A DNA stretch of 35,198 bases, from positions 1 through 35,198 of the forward strand of contig JBNJGN010000004.1 of NCBI GenBank assembly GCA_051747785.1, in the 5' to 3' direction. The stretch's first letter is position 1; each line of letters opens with the position of its first letter. A program made the position numbers and the translations under genes. The stretch is from Patescibacteria group bacterium (lineage in GTDB: Bacteria; Patescibacteriota; Minisyncoccia; Phycocordibacterales; CSBR16-193). Below the pieces are notes generated by a model, which saw only the letters and a list, made by a program, of their open reading frames with translations, had not been told where the DNA came from and ran no database searches. This document shows positions 28,760 through 35,198 of the stretch, piece after piece.

Positions 28760-29731
28760 ATGTTTGAAATGTTTGAAGAAATAGATCCCTTTTTTATACT
28801 CCTAACTTCTCTTATCGCTGCGGTGATTTTGCTTTTGCCTACCGCTATTTGGCTCTTTATTCTTTTAAAAAAACAGAATAAAGAGTATAAAGAGGTAATA
28901 AGAGATGCTGACTCGCGTGCCGAGGATATAGTAAGTAAAGCCAAGACAAGATCAAGAGAGATAGTAACAGAGGCGGACAAGCAAGCCAGTCGTTACTTAT
29001 CTGAAAGAAAAACGGAAATGGATTCCATGCATACTGAACTTGTGGGACGGTTGGATAATTTAAAAGACGAAGCCCAAAAGAGCTTTTCCAAGAGTGTAGA
29101 AAAGGTTGATTCCTTTTCAGAAGAGATATCTGAGGAAGCCAAAAGAGAGATACGTTCATCTGTACAAAAAGCAAATACTTCTTTGGGTGAGGTTATAGAT
29201 GGTATGAAAGAGCAAATAGAAAAAGATATGAAGAAAACCAAAGATAAGATCCCGGAGATTGAAAAACAGATCAGGGATCTTGAGGCTCTGAATGAAAATG
29301 CCAAAAAAAGCTTTTCTGAAAGCTCTGAGAAATTTATTAAGATCTCCAATGAAGCATCAGAAGAGGCTCACGATCATTTAATCGCCTCCGCTAAAAAGGC
29401 GGATGAGCTCATGGAAAACTTTACAGGGGAAGCTCGAAAACAGATTAAGGAAGATATTACCAAGACTGCCGAGGAGATGTCTTCAAACAGAAAGGAAATG
29501 GTCCGCCGCTTCAAAGAAGTTCTCAATAGTGAAATGGAAGAAGCTAGAAAGGAGTTGCAAGACTATAGAAAAGACAGATTAAGAGTAGTAGATGAGCATA
29601 TTGTTACTTTGGTTGAGGAGACGGTGGCCATAGCTCTTAACACCGGACTTTCCAAAGATGACCACAGAGAGGCGGTAAAAAGTGCCTTGGAAGAAGCCAA
29701 AAAAAGAGGAGCTTTTGATAAATCCCGTTAA
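28760..29731 (+). CDS. ATP synthase subunit b-like protein, elongated
   Basis: Single N-terminal TM, long charged coiled coil, C-terminal IVTLVEETVAIALNTGLSKDDHREAVKSAL resembling the b C-terminus; position upstream of delta-like/alpha. Confidence 0.65.
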   Translation: MFEMFEEIDPFFILLTSLIAAVILLLPTAIWLFILLKKQNKEYKEVIRDADSRAEDIVSKAKTRSREIVTEADKQASRYLSERKTEMDSMHTELVGRLDNLKDEAQKSFSKSVEKVDSFSEEISEEAKREIRSSVQKANTSLGEVIDGMKEQIEKDMKKTKDKIPEIEKQIRDLEALNENAKKSFSESSEKFIKISNEASEEAHDHLIASAKKADELMENFTGEARKQIKEDITKTAEEMSSNRKEMVRRFKEVLNSEMEEARKELQDYRKDRLRVVDEHIVTLVEETVAIALNTGLSKDDHREAVKSALEEAKKRGAFDKSR

Positions 29732-29734
29732 TTT

Positions 29735-30262
29735 ATGGATCCTTTTGAGGTCATTTTCTCCAATACCTATACCTATGCGGACTTTCGATACCGTCTGTCT
29801 GTTCTGCGAGAGTTTACGGAGTATATTTTATACACTAAAGAGAAGGAGAGCCTTTCTATTATGGAGAAGTTTGATCGTTTTTCCGGGGAAAAGGGGATGA
29901 GCTACGAAGATACAAAATTTTTCAAGGAATGGGGAGAGGATGTCTTTCGTAAAGTAGCCTTTGGAGGTGATATATATAAGACTCTTGAGAACATGGAGCA
30001 AAGATTCAAAGAGAGCCCTCTTTTTATACTAAGAGTACCGGTTAGTTTTTCTAAAGAAGATGATAGGTACTTTGGGAAGTGGGTGAGAGAGAACGTTGAC
30101 AGTCGTGCTTTTTTAAAAATAAAAGTTGATGAAAGCGTAAATGCCGGTTGCGTTTTCAGCTGGAGTAACGATCAGTACAATATGAGTTTTGAAAGATTAA
30201 GGAAAGAAAGATACGATAAGATATCAGAACGGATCAGAGAGGTTTTAGATTCTAAAATGTAG
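29735..30262 (+). CDS. ATP synthase subunit delta/OSCP-like protein (divergent)
   Basis: 175 aa between b-like and alpha; C-terminal LKIKVDESVNAGCVFSWSNDQYNMS resembles the delta VDPSLIGG...D.S motif. Confidence 0.6.
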   Translation: MDPFEVIFSNTYTYADFRYRLSVLREFTEYILYTKEKESLSIMEKFDRFSGEKGMSYEDTKFFKEWGEDVFRKVAFGGDIYKTLENMEQRFKESPLFILRVPVSFSKEDDRYFGKWVRENVDSRAFLKIKVDESVNAGCVFSWSNDQYNMSFERLRKERYDKISERIREVLDSKM

Positions 30263-30308
30263 AGATTTTCCACTTATGAATATCCTTAAACGATAGTATA
30301 ATATAATA

Positions 30309-31805
30309 ATGAGAGAAAAGTTTGCGAGCAAAGAGGTCGGATATGTGACTCAGGTAAATAACTATCTTTTAACTATAAAAGGTCTGCCAAGCGTAAGAGT
30401 CAATGATATTATCGCTGACAGAAAGAATAGAAGGGCGGTTATTCATTCCCTGTACGATGACTCTGTTAGAGCTTTATCTTTAAGCAAGGAACCTGTTGAT
30501 CCCGGGGCGGAGTTTTTTCTAGATAGGGAAAGTGGGAGGATGAACATGGGCGATCACTTAAAGGGTAGTGTGGTTAACGCGTTAGGTAAAACTGTTGACT
30601 CCTCCGGAGGTAATGGGGTTTTGGGGGATAAAACTTCTCAGGAATTGGAGTTTGACGTGAAAGCCAAAAATATTGACTCCAGAGATTTTATAAAAGATCA
30701 ACTTGTCACCGGTTTTGCTCTTATAGATACGATAGTTCCGGTGGGTAAAGGTCAGCGTGAACTTGTATACGGTCCCATACATAGCGGTAAAAGCGAGTTT
30801 TTGCAAAGTATTGTAATAAACCAAAAGAAACAGAAGAATATATGTATTTATGCAGCTATAGGTAAACCGTCTATTTTTACCTCTCGATTGATCAAGGTAC
30901 TTAAAGACAATGACGCTCTTGATAACACCGTAATTCTTTCGGCTCTTTCTGATGAGCCTGCTCCTATGATAACCGTAGCACCCTCCACTGCTTTCCTTAT
31001 AGCGGAGCATTTCTGTTCCAAAGGTGAAGATGTTGTTTTAATACTGGATGACCTGGGAATACACGCCAAGTATATAAGAGAGTCAGCTCTCTTATCTGGG
31101 CAGTTCCCCGGAAGAGAGTCCTATCCGGGTGATATTTTTTATCAGCATGCTCACCTTATGGAAAGGAGTGGTAGTTTTAATGAAAAACAGGGCAATGGAA
31201 CTATAACTCTCTTTCCTGTTTTGCAGACGGATGTTGAGAGTTTTTCCAATATAATACCCACTAATCTTATGGCCTCTACTGATGGACATCTTTTCTTTTC
31301 AGCGGAGATGCATGCCGAAGGCTTTAAACCGGCGGTCTCTATATTGCAGTCTGTTACTCGAGTGGGACATATGACACATAATAACTTGCAAAGAGGTCTT
31401 TCTACTAAGCTTATGAATGTTCTATCGGAGTATCCTCGCCAACAGGAGTATAGTAGGTTCGGTACACAGATGAGTGAACACACTCGCGATATCCTTAAGA
31501 AGGGTAGAGTGATATATGAGCTCTTAAACCAAAACCACGGAGAGTTAATACCTCTTGGAACTCAGTTGGTACTTCTTTCGTTGGTTTTTACTTCATTTTT
31601 TGATGGCGATAAAAGAGATGTTGATTTTGTAAGGTTTGAACGTAAGAACTTGATAAAAGCCGCCAATGAAAGTGACATTCTTAAAAAGGCTAGAGAGCAG
31701 GCAGACTCGGGGGAGATCGGTGTTGAAGACTTTATTTCTCTCATAGAAGAGGGGGTCAAAGATCTGAGCGCTCTTTTTGATTCTAAAGGTAAAGATACAA
31801 GCTGA
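30309..31805 (+). CDS. atpA: F1 ATPase alpha subunit, divergent
   Basis: TGFALIDTIVPVGKGQRELVYG, CIYAAIG, LILDDL, PGRESYPGDIFY, IPTNLMASTDGHLF, arginine finger SVTRVG. Confidence 0.9.
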   Translation: MREKFASKEVGYVTQVNNYLLTIKGLPSVRVNDIIADRKNRRAVIHSLYDDSVRALSLSKEPVDPGAEFFLDRESGRMNMGDHLKGSVVNALGKTVDSSGGNGVLGDKTSQELEFDVKAKNIDSRDFIKDQLVTGFALIDTIVPVGKGQRELVYGPIHSGKSEFLQSIVINQKKQKNICIYAAIGKPSIFTSRLIKVLKDNDALDNTVILSALSDEPAPMITVAPSTAFLIAEHFCSKGEDVVLILDDLGIHAKYIRESALLSGQFPGRESYPGDIFYQHAHLMERSGSFNEKQGNGTITLFPVLQTDVESFSNIIPTNLMASTDGHLFFSAEMHAEGFKPAVSILQSVTRVGHMTHNNLQRGLSTKLMNVLSEYPRQQEYSRFGTQMSEHTRDILKKGRVIYELLNQNHGELIPLGTQLVLLSLVFTSFFDGDKRDVDFVRFERKNLIKAANESDILKKAREQADSGEIGVEDFISLIEEGVKDLSALFDSKGKDTS

Positions 31806-31834
31806 TCTTCTGTCTGTTAACATTTTTTGTTTCT

Positions 31835-34074
<2,240 letters not shown>

Positions 34075-34091
34075 TCAATTATATTCTTTAT

Positions 34092-34115
34092 GCCGGTAAT
34101 CCCACCGGTTTTTTT
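34092..34115 (+). terminator. Intrinsic terminator after atpD
   Basis: GCCGGT-aatccc-ACCGGT followed by a T-run. Confidence 0.7.
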
Positions 34116-34152
34116 GTTTGCCAAAAATTAATTACGCTTTCATAATATATGG

Positions 34153-34182
34153 CTTATCTCGGCCTTATCTCGGTTATATCGG
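34153..34182 (-). repeat. Triple CCGAGATAA-like array, left copy
   Basis: CTTATCTCGGCCTTATCTCGGTTATATCGG; 26/30 identical to the reverse complement of 34941-34970. Confidence 0.8.
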
Positions 34183-34529
34183 CTAATTCGTTAACAGTAT
34201 TTGATGTTACAAGGTGAGGATTATTATCCTTTAGTAACCGTGACTTCTCTTTTTAGATAATAAAACAGTATCTGTGTACTTTTCTCTATAAGCACCTTTA
34301 AATAATTATTTTGTATCTGCGCTTCAGACTACTTAATAGGTATGCTTGTTATTATAAAAGGAGCAGCGACTTTTTATCTTTTGATGATCTCTGAGTATAC
34401 TTAGCTGTTATGGAGCCATGCTTCTACTATTACTTTTAACTATTGGAAAAAGTAATAATAATGATGTTATCAAATAAGTAGTGGACATGATCTTGCAAAT
34501 GTTTATTTAGGAAGTATGAAATCTCTATT

Positions 34530-34811
34530 CTAAACATTTGCATATATTTTTACCTCATTCTCTTTGGCATATAATAGAGAACGGGGAAAGGTGAACTCCT
34601 TCTGTGTTTTGCTTTCTGTTTTAACTACTATAGGGGTGTCTTTTAGGATCGTTATGAAGTTGGCGTGTTGGGGAAGAATGTCAAAGACCCCGTTAGTATT
34701 CTCGGCTGAAATGGATAGGGCGTAACCTTCCCATACTACTTCGCCTAAAGAGATTATACGGACATTTAAGAGATCTTGATTCTTTTCTGTGGCCTCTTCA
34801 TTTTTATTCAT
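34530..34811 (-). CDS. atpC: F1 ATPase epsilon subunit, N-terminal beta-sandwich only
   Basis: LNVRIIS..EVVWEG.A.SIS...NGVFDILPQHANFITIL matches the epsilon G.LGILP.H motif; no C-terminal helical hairpin. Confidence 0.8.
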   Translation of the reverse strand: MNKNEEATEKNQDLLNVRIISLGEVVWEGYALSISAENTNGVFDILPQHANFITILKDTPIVVKTESKTQKEFTFPRSLLYAKENEVKIYANV

Positions 34812-34818
34812 ATTTATA

Positions 34819-34827
34819 ATTATATCA
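34819..34827 (-). promoter_or_regulatory. Extended -10 promoter (TGaTATAAT) for probable leaderless atpC
   Basis: Minus-strand TGATATAAT 7 nt before ATG 34811. Confidence 0.6.
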
Positions 34828-34895
34828 TTTTCTAACCTCTTTTTTTAAGAATTGCACACACTGTCCACAGTGGCGGTTTCACCTTTATATCTGTC

Positions 34896-34904
34896 TGTTA
34901 TAAT
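34896..34904 (+). promoter_or_regulatory. Extended -10 promoter (TGtTATAAT) for the HTH gene
   Basis: Perfect TGnTATAAT about 100 nt upstream of ATG 35004, divergent from the atpC promoter. Confidence 0.55.
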
Positions 34905-34940
34905 TAAATAACGAGACCAAAGAGAGGTACGTAAAATAAT

Positions 34941-34970
34941 CCGAGATAACCGAGATACCGCCTAGATAAG
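34941..34970 (+). repeat. Triple CCGAGATAA-like array, right copy (putative operator)
   Basis: CCGAGATAA-CCGAGATAC-CG-CCTAGATAA-G between the promoter and the HTH start. Confidence 0.8.
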
Positions 34971-35003
34971 ACATTTTTTATATCTCGCTTATATATCATC
35001 CTA

Positions 35004-35198
35004 ATGGAGGAGGAAAACGAATTAAAATATATTCCAACGCGTGAAGCTTCCAAGCTTACCGGTTACACGGCTGATTATATAGGGCAGCTATGTCGTTCTG
35101 GTTTGGTGCTTTGTCGTAAGGATGGAAAGGGTTGGTTAGTGGATAGAGATGATCTTCTAAGATACAAAGAAGGCATATCCGCCGGTATACCCCAAAGT
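35004..35198 (+). CDS. Protein with N-terminal excisionase/MerR-like (HTH_17-type) domain, 3' end outside window
   Basis: Not in the ORF track; translates MEEENELKYIPTREASKLTGYTADYIGQLCRSGLVLCRKDGKGWLVDRDDLLRYKEG..., open to the window end. Confidence 0.8.
   Translation, partial: MEEENELKYIPTREASKLTGYTADYIGQLCRSGLVLCRKDGKGWLVDRDDLLRYKEGISAGIPQS

Noticed and set aside
34183-34529. Hidden small atpE/atpB gene between atpD and atpC
   Set aside because: No ORF of 60 aa or more in the track, and the short frames I read carry no c-subunit motif
34852-34872. DnaA-box-like TTGCACACA/CTGTCCACA (also ATGTCCACA near 23588)
   Set aside because: Two or more mismatches to TTATCCACA and too few copies to support an origin or regulation

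Overview
Dense chromosomal segment, almost entirely coded on the + strand. Gene content suggests a Patescibacteria/CPR (Parcubacteria-like) bacterium (inferred from the stand-alone VirD4/HerA-like ATPase, truncated PheRS, dispersed gatB and leaderless genes). 1-26 kb is mostly housekeeping: murC, murB, secA, obgE, gatB, pheS/pheT, class II ribonucleotide reductase, an alpha-glucan cluster (GT4, GH57, DUF5752-like, GH15) and a minus-strand RNase P RNA gene expanded by three copies of one hairpin element. The main candidate novelty is 26.1-34.8 kb, a divergent F1Fo-like locus (b-like, delta-like, alpha, gamma, beta, plus an inverted epsilon). It has no recognisable subunit a. Its c-like hairpin lacks the ion-binding carboxylate and is fused to a secreted domain that is also present in the upstream membrane protein. 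This fits an ATP-driven rotary or mechanical surface machine uncoupled from ion transport (hypothesis). Epsilon is flanked by 30-bp inverted arrays of CCGAGATAA, and the window ends in an excisionase-like HTH gene. All family assignments come from motif recognition, not database searches.
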